From assembly GCA_002633005.1 (NCBI GenBank), contig NMRA01000020.1, positions 1,159,083 to 1,210,626 on the forward strand: 51,544 nucleotides of DNA, written 5' to 3'. Origin of the DNA: Phoronis australis. Lineage: Eukaryota > Animalia > Phoronida. A program made the translations under genes and the position numbers. Of the stretch, positions 23,601 through 34,572 are shown one piece after another. The notes beneath the pieces are model-generated. The model did no database searches and had not been told where the DNA came from. It worked only from the letters and a program-made list of their open reading frames with translations. Position 1 is the stretch's first letter. Each line of letters starts with the position of its first letter.

Positions 23601-25116
23601 TGTTTGAATAAGTTGTTACAAAGAGGTCACAAATAGTGTATCAAGCAGTACGTGGCGTGGCCGGTACCGACTACATCAGGCCGTATAATGCATGTGCCAG
23701 TACAATGTACAACAGTGATGGCAGATAAATCGTCTACATCATCCGTTTCTTACGAGTTTGTCCGTAATGAACAAAGCGATTGGCCAGGCACTTGTATGTT
23801 TGTAAAATGTTCCTTACTATTGGGCATGCGTTTAAGCCGGGAAATTCCAGACACCATTCTCCGTAATGGAATTGAATATGATCAACCCTTGTGCATTTGC
23901 AGGTTCGTTGTTCTCCTTGATAGCTACAGTGGAGAGTATTTGCTCCTTTGTCGGCAACTTTCTGTGGTCTTTTGTCTATGGAAGAACTGTAACTTTCTTT
24001 AACGGTTTCACCTTCTTTTGTATGGCTGCTTCCGGTTTAACGACTTTCGTTATCGTTACGTAAGTAATCATTTACATTCACACGGAACATGAATATCTAG
24101 TTTGCGCACGAATATGTATTGCGTACTGTCACGGTTGTTCAGTCAATTATGTTTATGTTTTGATGTGACAGTGACTGGCGTAACAGACCTGTTAAGTATT
24201 GTTTAATAGTTATATTGTTTCAGTAAGGCTTGCTTCCCCCATCACATTCAGAAGAACACGTGAATACTTGTCACAGACAATTTTAGTTTCGTCTAAAATA
24301 TTGCTTTTCCATATGCTTGAAGAATTGCTTGAAAATAACTCCGACAAGTGCATGTAAAAAGGCAGACAATGCCAATGTCCACAAAGAAAAAGTTCTTTTC
24401 ATGCAACACCCCGTAAAAGCTGGATTCTGACTGTCATGGAAGTTTTCATAAAATGGAACATCCAGGCTAACTCTTTATGTCTGTGATTGCTTCGTCACAT
24501 TACATAGAACCACAACGTATAGCGACGATGTGAATATGAAGTACGTTGAAAATTGCCAAATGTTTTCAAGAACGAGTTTTGTGTGAAAATGATCCGCCGT
24601 AAATCACTCAATAGTGTCCAGTAAGTATCGTGATGTGGTGTTGTTTTTGGTGATATTAACAAATCAAGTGTCTCCTTTGTAAACCTAAAATGACTAGCTC
24701 ATGCACAAAACCGTCGTCTTCGGACCACAAACTGAAAAAATGTTTTAGCAATCATTTTGGGTGCAATGCGTTCTAAACATCACCAGTCGGTTTTTGTTAC
24801 TGGCGTTCTTCATAGTTTCCAAAAAAGCGCCCGTGGCCGTTTTCTGATGATGGGTGCTTTATTGGTAATCACTAACTACGAAAGGAAATACGGAGCAAGC
24901 CTATGTTTTTAGCACTTATTTTTTGTTCACAGTGAGCGCAGTAGTTGGTGATTACAGGTGAAGTATTTTCTACCAAATCGAGCATGAAATGCCTATAAAC
25001 ATGTTTATGTTTAGTTAGTTTGCACGTTGTTGTATTGTAGCATCCACAAGAGCATATTTCGAGATAACCAGCAGCACCAGACTGATAGGAAAGAGAACGA
25101 GGACAAGATTCAGTAG
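17034..25116 (+). CDS. SLC46: SLC46-family MFS transporter (proton-coupled folate transporter / SLC46A3-like), copy 1, 477 aa, spliced
   Basis: join(17034-18150,22913-22996,23903-24059,25041-25116) = 1434 nt. All introns are GT-AG with consistent phases and there are no stops. Motifs: LEPVVFMY, N-glycosylated Cys loop, TDKRGRR (MFS motif A), AYLAD, RRIVLAE, VPET, SPLCF, LRSAMSKMV...EQGSLFS. About 12 hydrophobic segments. Confidence 0.92.
18195..18412 (+). repeat. Dispersed repeat in SLC46 copy 1 intron (inverted copy of 4198-4403)
   Basis: See 4198-4403. It is not present in the paralogous intron. Confidence 0.9.
19742..20517 (+). mobile_element. Solo LTR-like insertion (copy 1 only)
   Basis: Starts TGTCAGAATATAGTCTGACA. 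Has internal 50-bp direct repeats, GAGATCAAGTC repeats, TATAAAT at 20074 and AATAAA at 20421. The 3' end is uncertain (TGTAACA at 20491, or ~20517) and the TSD is not clean. Absent from the paralog. Confidence 0.7.
19864..20080 (+). promoter_or_regulatory. Cluster of heat-shock elements plus TATA box in the solo LTR
   Basis: GAAnnTTCnnGAA is perfect at 19926-19938 and 20019-20031, with one mismatch at 19864, 19971 and 20048. TATAAAT at 20074-20080. Confidence 0.6.
20624..20705. repeat. (GT)n microsatellite
   Basis: Imperfect GT run. Confidence 0.97.
20785..21909. mobile_element. Kolobok-type DNA transposon, internally deleted (copy 1 only)
   Basis: TTAA at 20781-20784 and 21910-21913. TIRs AGAGTTCTCAACATG and AGAGTTCCCACCATG. 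The paralog has an empty TTAA site at 42100-42103. A THAP remnant lies inside. Confidence 0.88.
21429..21673 (-). pseudogene. THAP zinc-finger exon of the Kolobok-type element (in-frame stop)
   Basis: MKRCVYGGCGNNNLNENVSMFEFPKYVKVVQKWHQFVRRARM*NVSVEHEIHSEATLCSAHFKESCF...: C2CH signature with FP, W and CxxHF. It ends at a GTAAGT donor and is missed by the ORF track. Confidence 0.85.
22562..22854 (+). repeat. Imperfect intronic tandem duplication (~130-160 bp x2), copy 1 only
   Basis: ATATACTTGGTGTGTACTAT.GGCCGGTGGCCTTTTATTTGAAA and AAAATATGAACTTACTGTACT.TCAAGTTTTGCT each occur twice here but once in the paralog (~42800-42890). Confidence 0.85.
22913..22996 (+). CDS. SLC46: SLC46 copy 1, coding exon 2 (84 nt, TM10)
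   Basis: TTTTGCAG| AVGVGLFEFMSVPVLRSAMSKMVHPTEQG |GTGGGT. Confidence 0.92.
23903..24059 (+). CDS. SLC46: SLC46 copy 1, coding exon 3 (157 nt, TM11-12)
   Basis: TTTGCAG| SLFSLIATVESICSFVGNFLWSFVYGRTVTFFNGFTFF...VIVT |GTAAGT. Confidence 0.92.
25041..25116 (+). CDS. SLC46: SLC46 copy 1, terminal coding exon
   Basis: TTGTAG| IHKSIFRDNQQHQTDRKENEDKIQ*. The acceptor, frame and stop are conserved in copy 2. Confidence 0.75.
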
Positions 25117-25892
25117 AACAAATAAAGATAATACGTCGGGCCCAGATAAAAATCTCATGTGTCCTGGAGGTAGGAAAACGCGTTGTGACATCGTGACATT
25201 GGCCCCATTTTAGAAATGTCAGTCAGGCTGTATCTCAAAAATCGTTTGGGAAATATTGCATCCAAGGAAGTTTCTCAAATTCATCTACATTCTGCTGTTG
25301 GAATTGCAGCCCACAACACAGCAGTAAAACTTTGGTTGGTATTGAAAGGTCGAATACAGTTCATACAGTCGAGACAAAGCAAGACACCTACCAATAACAC
25401 GAGAAACACCAATGGAGCAAAAGCTTAGCAAAAAAAGTGCTTGACGGAAGGATTGTGGGCAATTTGAAGTGTGGCTGTGCAATCTGGGACCGCCCTATCA
25501 AGAGTCACCACAATGCTATCACTGTGGTGAAGAGCCACGAGTATTTACATTTCTAGTGACAGTAAAAAAACTATCGTTGATTTCTATCACTATTTGCAGA
25601 AAGCGTACATTCCTTTTAACAGCCTGTGATCTCGGTTTATTTTGTACACCGCCAAATTTTTGGCAAATAATGGACAGATTAAAGAGCGCACATGTATTTC
25701 AGCCTGTGATAACTGCAATCAGTGGACCGGGGTTTTCAACTCAACGACTAGGCGGTTAATTGGTGGAAGTGTTCAACATAACGTTGTAAAAGCCTCTATA
25801 TTTTATGATTACTGTAGTCTGAGATTTAGTCAAGCGAACCATTTAGTGTAACATAATTCCGAATTCTTTCCCCAAAATGTTTATTCTAGCGA

Positions 25893-25898
25893 AATAAA
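25893..25898 (+). promoter_or_regulatory. Candidate polyadenylation signal, copy 1
   Basis: AATAAA conserved in copy 2 (46037-46042), followed by T-rich sequence. Confidence 0.4.
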
Positions 25899-26221
25899 GT
25901 AATATTTTTTTAATCCATATTTTGGGTCTACATGTACGCGATAAGTTTTTAAAATTCCGCAAAAAGACGTGCACGAAACAATTGTGAAGTGCTAAGCCAG
26001 ACTTAAAGGCTCTCTTTGTGCCATTATTGCATTCATGTTCATGTATATATTTATATTCTTCCATGGACAATCACAACCATTAGATTTAATATATTCTGTC
26101 TTATGTCAAAAATTGATCTTTCCTCAGAATAGAATATTGGAGTTGTTAAAAACTTACCGTTCGTTAAAGCTTTAACCTAACTAAAGTACATGTATAATGG
26201 CTTCCACCCGCCACACTCTTC

Positions 26222-26496
26222 AATGCACTGAGCATACACTCATGCACTGAGCATACACTCATGCACTGAGCATACACTCATGCACTAAGCATAAACTCAT
26301 GCACTGAGCATACACTCATGCACTGAGCATACACTCATGCACTGAGCATACACTCATGCACTGAGCATACACTCATGCACTGAGCATACACTCATGCACT
26401 GAGCGTACACTCATGCACTGAGCATACACTCATGCACTGAGCATACACTCATGCACTGAGCATACACTCGTGCACCGAGCATACACTCATGCACTA
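26222..26496 (+). repeat. 19-bp minisatellite, ~14.5 units
   Basis: Unit CATGCACTGAGCATACACT, nearly invariant, no spacers. Confidence 0.97.
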
Positions 26497-27585
26497 ACCA
26501 ACTGTCAGTTAAGTAAATTTGGTTCAGTTGTATTTCCCGACACCTGAATCTCAAATTCAGCCACGGTAATGTTTTTTAAGTTTCCCGAAGGCATTCCCAA
26601 AGTCCGCAGACCTTGGTTTAGAAGTTAAGCCTCTCATACGGCGATGCACCGCTTTAAAAGGTGGTCCAAAGTGTTTATGACACTTGGTTACGCAATAAGT
26701 TAATGGTTGATAACGAGCTTGTGACGCACGTTTCATTTATATATTATACGGGACAAAGCTGATCATACCTAACACTCTGCCTACAATCAATCATATGCTC
26801 CTGAAGGTACCCCATGAACAAAATGCTTGAGTTGCTGACTTGCCCAACGATATACGTGGAACGCATACTACGCCCTCTCAGTTTACAGCAACGAGTTAAG
26901 CTGATCGGCGAAATAGACATTAATTACTGCTCACTACTTGCATTTGAAGGACAGTTTTGACCTTGAATGCATTATCGTCGCAATTGTTCACTTACACTTA
27001 AAAGGGTTACCAGTGAAAAATTAGTTTTGGGCTCCGTTTCCACAAGGTGGGATCCCTAGCGTTTTGTGCGGTATTCCCAAGATGTAGCTTATTTAGCTTA
27101 ATGTATAACTCGGACCTGACAGTGCATGAAGTTGGAGTGGTGAGTATTTCGACAAAAGCATGTTTACATCTAAATAACAAAGCAAACACTGCTCGCCGAT
27201 TCGCATATTATTTATTATAGGAGATGAGGCAAGTATTGTAGATATAAGAACTCTCATATTGCTACGCTTAGAATTTATTGTTTGCTTCCTGTTGTTCCGT
27301 GGTCGATCGTACTGTCGTTCAATGAACACCTAATAACGCCACAAGCATGATGCATAACGTTGTGCTAGCATTCACTTCAACGGAAGTAACTCCTGCAACG
27401 ACACGTGATATTATTAGTTTTACCGCAGAGTGTCCAGCGGCGTATCCATGGGGTCTCAAAGGGCACTTGTTCCTTCCAAACTGTAATATAGCCCTGCTGC
27501 CGTCGAAACTAGTTTCAATGTTACATTAACCCCCTCCCCCCTGTTCACTGGAAAGTGCTCCCTCTTTTAGACCACCCACGTTGCA

Positions 27586-27969
27586 AACGATTTCGCGATT
27601 CCTCCCTGTGTAAGTCGAAATATAACTGTCATCATTTCATGCTCGTTACAGAGCTTTGTCGACCACAAACAAATTTCGAAAAACAAAGCCAAGGTAAGCT
27701 CTTTAATAACCAGTCTATAAGGGCTGGCCGAAAAATTATGAGTGACGTCTTTTTGAAAATTTATACCGAAGGCAAAATTCTGCTTGACTAGTATATATGT
27801 GAAGTACGTAATTATGACTTGATACTGTGAACAGTTCCCGAAAATTTACCGNTTACCTTAACCATTTCGAGATTCCTACCTGTGTAAGTCGAAATATAAC
27901 TGTCATCATTTCATGCTGGTTACATACCTTTGTAGACCACAAACAAATTTCGAAAAACAAGGCCAAGGT
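27586..27969 (+). repeat. ~110-bp direct repeat either side of the N at 27852
   Basis: 27586-27695 matches 27860-27969 (CCTGTGTAAGTCGAAATATAACTGTCATCATTTCATGCT...GACCACAAACAAATTTCGAAAAACAA). Confidence 0.85.
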
Positions 27970-28521
27970 TCAAACACCTAGGAGATCTAAATTCATCAGT
28001 TGTTTTATACAAACATGATATCGGTACTGGTATTTGTAATTTAGAATAGTTTTACGATCTACCACTAGATGGCGGTGTGATTTTTTAACGGTTATTTTTA
28101 TCGGGGGGTATGCCATCTTGTAATTTTGGGGGTCACGTCAACCAGCTTTATGTTTTGAAACTTAGTAAAATCGCATTGTCCGTTTTTGATATCATTATTC
28201 AAAGATAATGTCTTCTAACTGCTCTCAGTACCTAAAGGTTATATTGTTTCAGTCTCTGTAAAGAGTTTGACTGGCGTTTCATTTTCATCGTTTTTCATAT
28301 TTTATGGACACAAGCGCACTAAATTTGTCTTTAAATACAATTCTGACACATTTTAGTCGGAAAAGACAATCTAAAACTCCCTGGACGCTGTATCTCTCGT
28401 GCATAAATGACTCATCAGTCACAACGGTTTTCAACAAATTTCAAGATCGTTTCCATTTTGGCAATGCAACAGACCACGTGAGGTTACGTTTCGTCTTGGG
28501 GAAAGCAAATAATATTGTTAA

Positions 28522-29275
28522 TTATACCACAATATTAGCCTCGAATGGCAGATACAACCGTGTAATAACCCTTATACCACAATTAGCCTCGAATGGCAGA
28601 TACAACCGTGTAATAACCCATAAAGTTAACTCACTAGTGAGATAACATTTTGGCGGGAAACCGAGGCCGGATTCGAACCCGGGCCTCGAGAGTTTCGAGT
28701 CGCCGACTTCACCACTACACTACTCAGCGATTGACGTCATCGAACGTGAAAATAGAATAGTTAAATCAGCACGCGCAACAATTGCATGTTCAGCAAAGGG
28801 CATTGCACCGACATTTATACGCTATGAGAAATAAGACGCATAATTTCCATAAAAACGATATTTTAATTCAGTGAAATTTTTCTCTCGTGTTCTCTCACTT
28901 GTAAATCACTGATCTCCAACTTGAATGCGGGTATCGTGTCGTTGGTATCCTTTGACTTGAGCATTATAGTCAGTTACTAGTGGTAACCTACTTTCGCAGA
29001 CGATATTTTCCCGGTCGAAGCTTAGCGAGATAAAATGTGTAGTAAGCTATAATAGTTGCTAAGCCTTAATTTATATATTCTCTTTATTTCTATTTTGTTT
29101 AAATTTTCAATTGGTTTTGAGTATAAGCATTATTTGACAAAAACAGCTCGGCTTTCCTTAAAGGTCAAGACCTCCGACCCCGGGCCTCTGACATAGAAAG
29201 TAGTTACAAAGCCGAGGCAAGTCGAGAAAGGTAGATCGATTCATTGCAATGTTTCTCGTTCAGTATGTGGTATAA
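28522..29275. mobile_element. Short-TIR element carrying a tRNA-like segment
   Basis: TTATACCACA at 28522 and TGTGGTATAA at 29266-29275. The left end is tandemly duplicated (28522-28571, 28572-28619). Confidence 0.55.
28660..28728 (-). repeat. tRNA-derived sequence (pseudo-tRNA)
   Basis: On the - strand GCTGAGTAGTGTAGTGGTGAAG...CCGGGTTCGAATCCGGCCTCGG has an A box and a perfect B box, but the anticodon and T stems are mispaired. Confidence 0.65.
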
Positions 29276-29439
29276 ATAGATTATTACATGTTCTCAGTCG
29301 TTATCCCCCTTATCTAGAGCCCTCGTGGATTTTGGAGAATTATTACCTTCGGGGCTAACGCTCCTCGGGCGATAATTCTCCAAAATCCACTCGGGCTCTA
29401 GATAACGGGGGATAAAGACTTCGCCATGTAATAACCTAT
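29276..29439. repeat. ~164-bp palindromic (foldback) element
   Basis: Arms ATAGATTATTACATG..TTATCCCCCTTATCTAGAGCCCTCGTGGATTTTGGAGAATTAT and ATAATTCTCCAAAATCCACTCGGGCTCTAGATAACGGGGGATAA..CATGTAATAACCTAT, with a short central loop near 29357. Confidence 0.92.
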
Positions 29440-31244
29440 ATGTATACACATCAAGATAATTTCCAAAATGGAGGGTTAGAAAAATGTACGCTTTGATTAG
29501 TTACGAAATTCAACAGAAAATTGCTATTAATGATCGAAAACATATTAAACGAAAACTCCACTGTTTATAAATCAACTTTCTGCAAGATATTCAGACATAT
29601 GCATGAAATTGAAAGGCTGAGCTCAAGATAACGTTAACAAGCAATGATTTTTTGACTTTTGAAGCACGTCATACCATCGGGAAAAAAATTATGTCAAACT
29701 GATGAAATTACGTAGCGTAAGGGCCTACCAAATTAATAAAATTTGCTATGCTTAAATCACAAAATGTTTTTTTTTTTGAAGAAATGACAATTTTGCGGCG
29801 TATTGTTTGTCTGAACAATACAATAATTTCATTGAAGAGTAGAGCCATTGTGAATACGAGAGTTACTCTGAACCTGACACAATAGAAAAGTAGCCAAAAA
29901 AGTCAACAGACAACTACACTTGATGACTAAAAATGTGTCTAATGTCCACACGAAAGTTTGGGACTGGATTCCCTATAGAAATGTTGAACATATTCGTTAA
30001 CCAATAAACTCCTTTGCACTCAATAATATTGTCCTTTCAAACCGGTTCAGTTGATTCGATCGGAAACTTGTAATTTGAAAAGAATGTTAAATTTGAGCGA
30101 CTACACAGCAACAAAATTTGGAGTAAAATAAGATTGTCCTTCATGTTTTTCGATATTTTGCAACGTGTTTGTTCCACCTAAATGTTTTGAATGTTTTTCT
30201 ACAACATAGGACTACAGTACTCCTAGATACCATACATTGCCCCATTTTTTTGTTTAAAAAGCTGATTATGTCCTCCCCAGTCAACAGGGTAAGACTCGAC
30301 AAATGTAGGTTATTTGGATTTACAGTTGATATGCTTTGCCATTTTCTCATTTCCTCATTTTCCTCCGTCACACCAATTCAAGTCAGATTTTCTGTTGATC
30401 AAATGACAATGCAATGCATTGTAATATCAAGTGAATGATAAGTTTAGTGGCATGACCACAACTTTTCATCCGACTTGAAACAAAAGGCCGCAGAAATTTT
30501 GCTGACGAAATACCGTGTTTGCAGTTCTCTAAGAACATTCGAATGACAAGACAAACTCCACCACTGTCCATGGCAACTCGTCGCTTGTATATCGCCCATA
30601 GGTCGTATCATTGTTTTCCTTTGTTGTGTCATTGTTGGATATAACAACAACATAGGTCGCATGGATATAGAACCTTGGGCGTACATAAGACCGTTGCTAA
30701 TCTATGCGACCAGGTTTCCCGTGGATGACCACAGAAGGGAATCCTAAAGTAGCCACAAAAACTTTTCATGTACCTAAGTAACTGTTACCGGGCACACGCG
30801 AATCCGTCCCGTGGAACCTAAACACCAATTTTTTATATCCATGTACATGTTGTATTGCTCATGGTACGGTTCAGATTCCCTTGTATTAAGTTATCAATTC
30901 CCAACCCTGTAATACGTAGTTTGAGTAAAATTCCTAGACTATGAAGTTTATGGATTTATTCTCTTTTAAATGCAGAGTAAAGATTAAATTCTGCTCTGGC
31001 TTTTTAAAAGTAATCACACATCTAAAAAGTAAAACCATGTTTCAAAATGTCATTCCTTATCTCATTTGAATGTTGTCTACCTCACAGACAACACGTTATG
31101 TTGCAAATATTCCTTGTGAAAAGATATAAAACACCAACCACAGACTTGTATACTAAAAATATGTTTTCATAATACAATACAAAATACAGTCAAAATTGCA
31201 AATGTTGTGACTCTAATAAAAAATGCCTTCTACATCTTTTCAAA

Positions 31245-33497
31245 ACTCCACTTGTACGGAGTGGTGAACAGTTGCCGAGCAACTTCTTTCAGTGCTTCCG
31301 AGTTAAACTGTGTCCCACATTCACTAAGCATCTCTCGTGGAAAGCCAGTTCTACAGAAGGTTTCAAACAGTGCTTCTGCGACTCGCTCACCTTCTATTCT
31401 GGGAAGAGGGATTGTCTCTGGGTATCTTGTGGCATAGTCTACGATGATGAGAATGTACCGGTTGCCTCTGTCTGTGATTGGTGACACAGGGCCAATCAAA
31501 TCAACAGCTATACGCTGGAACGGTTCTTCCACAAGTGGTATCTCACCCAATGGCACTTTAGAGATCCTGCCCTTAGGAGTTGTTCGCTGGCAGATGTCAA
31601 ATGATCTGCAGAAACGATTTATGTCACTGCCAACTCCTGGTCATTAAAGCTACTGGCCATTCTATCACTGATCTTCTTCACACCAAGGTGCCCACCAACA
31701 ATTGACTCATGAGCTAGCGTCATAACCTGTTGTCGATATTTGACAGGGACAACTGTCTGACGCAACTCTTTGGTGTTATCAGCATACACTCGGTATTGGA
31801 CCCCCTTTTGCTTCTCACACCAGTATTGACCTCTATCATGTGTTCTTGCTGGTTTGTCTTTCTCAACAATTTCCATGAGCTTACGTATAGGGAAGGATCA
31901 TGTTTTTGCTCGTTCTTCAACTTGCTGAGGTCGAGATTTCCAATCCGGATGGAGTCACCGCCAAAAGCTTGATGGGTTTTCCTCTCTTCTTAGCCTGTGC
32001 TCTAGTAGTGACTGCAGACATGTCGCAGTCTTGTGGCTGCCAATTGGGATCAGGATCCTTGCTGACGCCAACTGCATTCCCTATGATGAGGTCATATATC
32101 GGTGTACGCTTACACGTAGCCTCGATTTCATCAACGAAGTATAAGTGTCTACCTCAATCTTCGCTATGGGAAGGATCGTGCTTTCCCATCTATTAACACA
32201 CAGATGTGTTGTTTCCCCGTCAGTTGACTTTCTTTGACTAGGAATGTCTTCACCGATGCACTACCAGTGTCACGCGTCATGCGTACTTTTGTTTCGTTGA
32301 CGAAACTATCACAAACGAGCATATTGGGGTCAGCTGGAGGTTCTCTGTGCTTGTCAAACAGCCATCAACTATATGCTGCTGTACCGGGCTACCCGTCGCT
32401 GCAACAGCTTGACATTCCCGTTTTTCTTCTTAGTCCGTTGTTGCTGCGAGGAGGACGACTGCTCATTTGCAGCGGACTTTTTGGACTGTGATTGTTTCAT
32501 CCAGCAGTCCCCGGCTAGATGACCCTTGCGATGACAATTGAAACACTCCATGTCACCTTGTTTCTGGCAATTGTCGAACGAGGAGTCTCTGTCCTTCGTT
32601 CCTCTGTGTTGCTTGGCAGTGCCTGTCTTCTGGCTACCTGTCCCAAGTTTTTCTTTTCGAACCCTTTGCCCAACAAAGCAGTACAGTGGGCGTCCATGTA
32701 CTGTTGAGCAATGGCCGACATCTCGTCGAAGGTCTTCGGTTTCCGTTCCCTCAGGAACACAGATATCTCAGGATGCCATACTCCCTGAAATTGCTCTCGG
32801 ATCAGTAAGTCTCTGCGTTCATCATAAGTCACCTCGACCTCTGCCAGTTGTGTCCATCGGTCAAAGAAACTTTTTAGTCTTGCCCCGAATTGGAACACGT
32901 TTTCGCACTTTTCAGGCTTGGACACTCTGAACTTCCGTCGGAACCCATCTTCAGTTAGTTCCTATCTGTGCAGTAGCGCCATCTTTAGTTGGTCGTAGTT
33001 TTAATTTGGTCGGACGACATGTTGTTGAATACCTGTAGGCTCTTTCCTGTTAACAATGGACTCAAGTCCACAGCCCACTCCGATATCCCATTTCTGGCTT
33101 GTGGCGAACGTCTCAAATCGGGCTAGGAAGGCATCCATGTCGTCGACGTGCTCATCGAACCTTGGAAGTTTGGGACGACTGGTTCGTACGTCACTGCTTA
33201 CAGCCCCACCACTAAGGGTCGCTTTGAGGTCAATCTGGAGTTGCAATGCATTCTGCTTCTCAATCTCCATCGCTTGGGCCCGCTCTGCTTGTTCCCGTGC
33301 AAGCTCTGCCTTTTCCAGCTCTTGTTTATGGGCACGCTCTGCTTGTTCTTGTGCAAGCTTTGCCTGTTCCAGTTCCCGTTTATAGGCATGCTCTTCACGC
33401 TCCAAGGCCTGCCGCAAGAGCTCCTCTGTGCACTTCCTTAAGCTTCACCGGTAAAACCAAATTGTTTCGCTTGCGCCATATATTTTTCAAAATCCAT
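31245..33497 (-). pseudogene. gag (SCAN-like capsid, CCHC knuckle)-protease-integrase pseudogene
   Basis: MDFEKYMAQAKQFG; coiled coil; PKLPRFDE..DMDAFLARFE; DLLIREQF..FLRERKPKT (SCAN-like); CFNCHRKGHLAGDC; RDTG; YDLIIGN; VTTRAQ; LAHESIVGGHLG..FCRS..ICQ; PFQRIAVDLIGP..YILIIVDYATRYPE..GFPREMLSECGTQF. Confidence 0.92.
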
Positions 33498-33607
33498 TTT
33501 AGATGAAGGGTTTTATTCCCAGAATTCACTTTATTAAATAATATTCAAACGGTAATTACTGTGTTCAAACCAATTCAACACAACCTTGTAAACTTTTATA
33601 TAAACTA

Positions 33608-33625
33608 CTCCCAGACAGGCCCCCA
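33608..33625 (-). promoter_or_regulatory. Primer-binding site, tRNA-Pro-like
   Basis: TGGGGGCCTGTCTGGGAG lies 2 nt after the LTR end (...CTGACA TT) and resembles the Pro PBS TGGGGGCTCGTCCGGGAT. Confidence 0.75.
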
Positions 33626-33627
33626 AA

Positions 33628-34146
33628 TGTCAGAGATTGACAGCGGGTTTGTTTAAAAGTTAGCTATGCTTGAGGTTGTGCGTAGATGGAGAGTGAATAA
33701 TTAATTCCAGTAATTAATTTATTTTATGATAACCACTAATTAGCGAAACCTGTTGTTAATTAAGTAAACAACTACAAAGAAGAGTAACTACGCTAGCGCC
33801 CTCTTTAAAGATTACTTCAGTCAATCAACCAAAATAATCAAATGTCTTATCTGCTATTCAAGCTAGGACTCTCCACTTGTTGGATGACTGTCCTGTTGGT
33901 GAATCTTCAAACTACACACACTGTGTTGTGACAGTGTACTTGCTGGTCACCGTCTCTGGGGATGTAACACTTGCAGGCAATTTCTCCTACCCACAATTCT
34001 TCTTGCTGGTCACAGTTTCAACACTTCATGCAGTATCTTACCACCCACGATGCAAGTGACAAGCTCCTAGTTAACTTCCTGTTCCTTAATGCTTGGCCTT
34101 GCTAAGCTCCTTTCTAGAATCTTCCACGAGATGGCTCTGTCGTACA
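33628..34146 (-). repeat. 5' LTR of the gypsy element
   Basis: Ends ...TCTCTGACA next to the PBS. AATAAA on - at ~33718-33723. The distal end TGTACGACA is inferred. Confidence 0.65.
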
Positions 34147-34479
34147 ATTTCCTCTGTACACTGTAGTAAGTCTTTTTGCTTCAACTACTATAGCGCATCT
34201 GAATGTCTTTTTGATTTTAACCCATGGATATTATAATATTCAATTTATTCGGCGATTGGCTAACAAAAACCACGTGATCGTATCCAATTATATCATTGCC
34301 CGTTGCAGTTTGTTCTCAGAAATTTCTAAAAATCTCTACAGTGCTTTGACCCCAGAACGCAAAGTTGTAAACACCATCTAAAATAGATTTTGCCGTTAAA
34401 ATACATGTCAACAAGTCTGACCGCATGATTTAAAAGTACATAATGCACAAATTTTGGGAAACTTGAAATGGATCTGTTC

Positions 34480-34483
<4 letters not shown>

Positions 34484-34570
<87 letters not shown>
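34484..34570. repeat. (TA)n microsatellite
   Basis: Near-pure TA run. Confidence 0.98.

Positions 34571-34572
<2 letters not shown>

Larger units (their letters stand above)
14105..26496 (+). repeat. Segmental (gene) duplication, copy 1
   Basis: Collinear with 36758-46455 from TTGCAAAGTCCAGTCAC through exons, introns and 3' flank to the 19-bp minisatellite, interrupted by copy-specific insertions. Confidence 0.92.
31245..34146 (-). mobile_element. Truncated, degenerate Gmr1-type Ty3/gypsy LTR retrotransposon
   Basis: Order on - strand: 5' LTR (~34146-33628, TGT...ACA), PBS, gag, protease, integrase. There are multiple frameshifts and stops. No RT/RNaseH or 3' LTR is seen. Confidence 0.92.

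Noticed and set aside
24934-24952. Alternative terminal exon at TTCACAG|TGAGCG
   Set aside because: The acceptor is not conserved in copy 2, whereas the 25041 exon is.
26222-26496. 19-bp repeat array as CRISPR (also the 52-bp and 31-bp arrays)
   Set aside because: Units are contiguous with no unique spacers, there are no cas genes, and the context is eukaryotic.
28660-28728. Functional tRNA-Ser(CGA)
   Set aside because: The anticodon stem does not pair, the T stem is broken, there is no long variable arm, and it sits inside a repeat.
30141-30686. - strand ORFs as the continuation (RT) of the gypsy element or a protease (DSGG)
   Set aside because: No RT/RNaseH motifs and no other catalytic motifs; the frames are broken.
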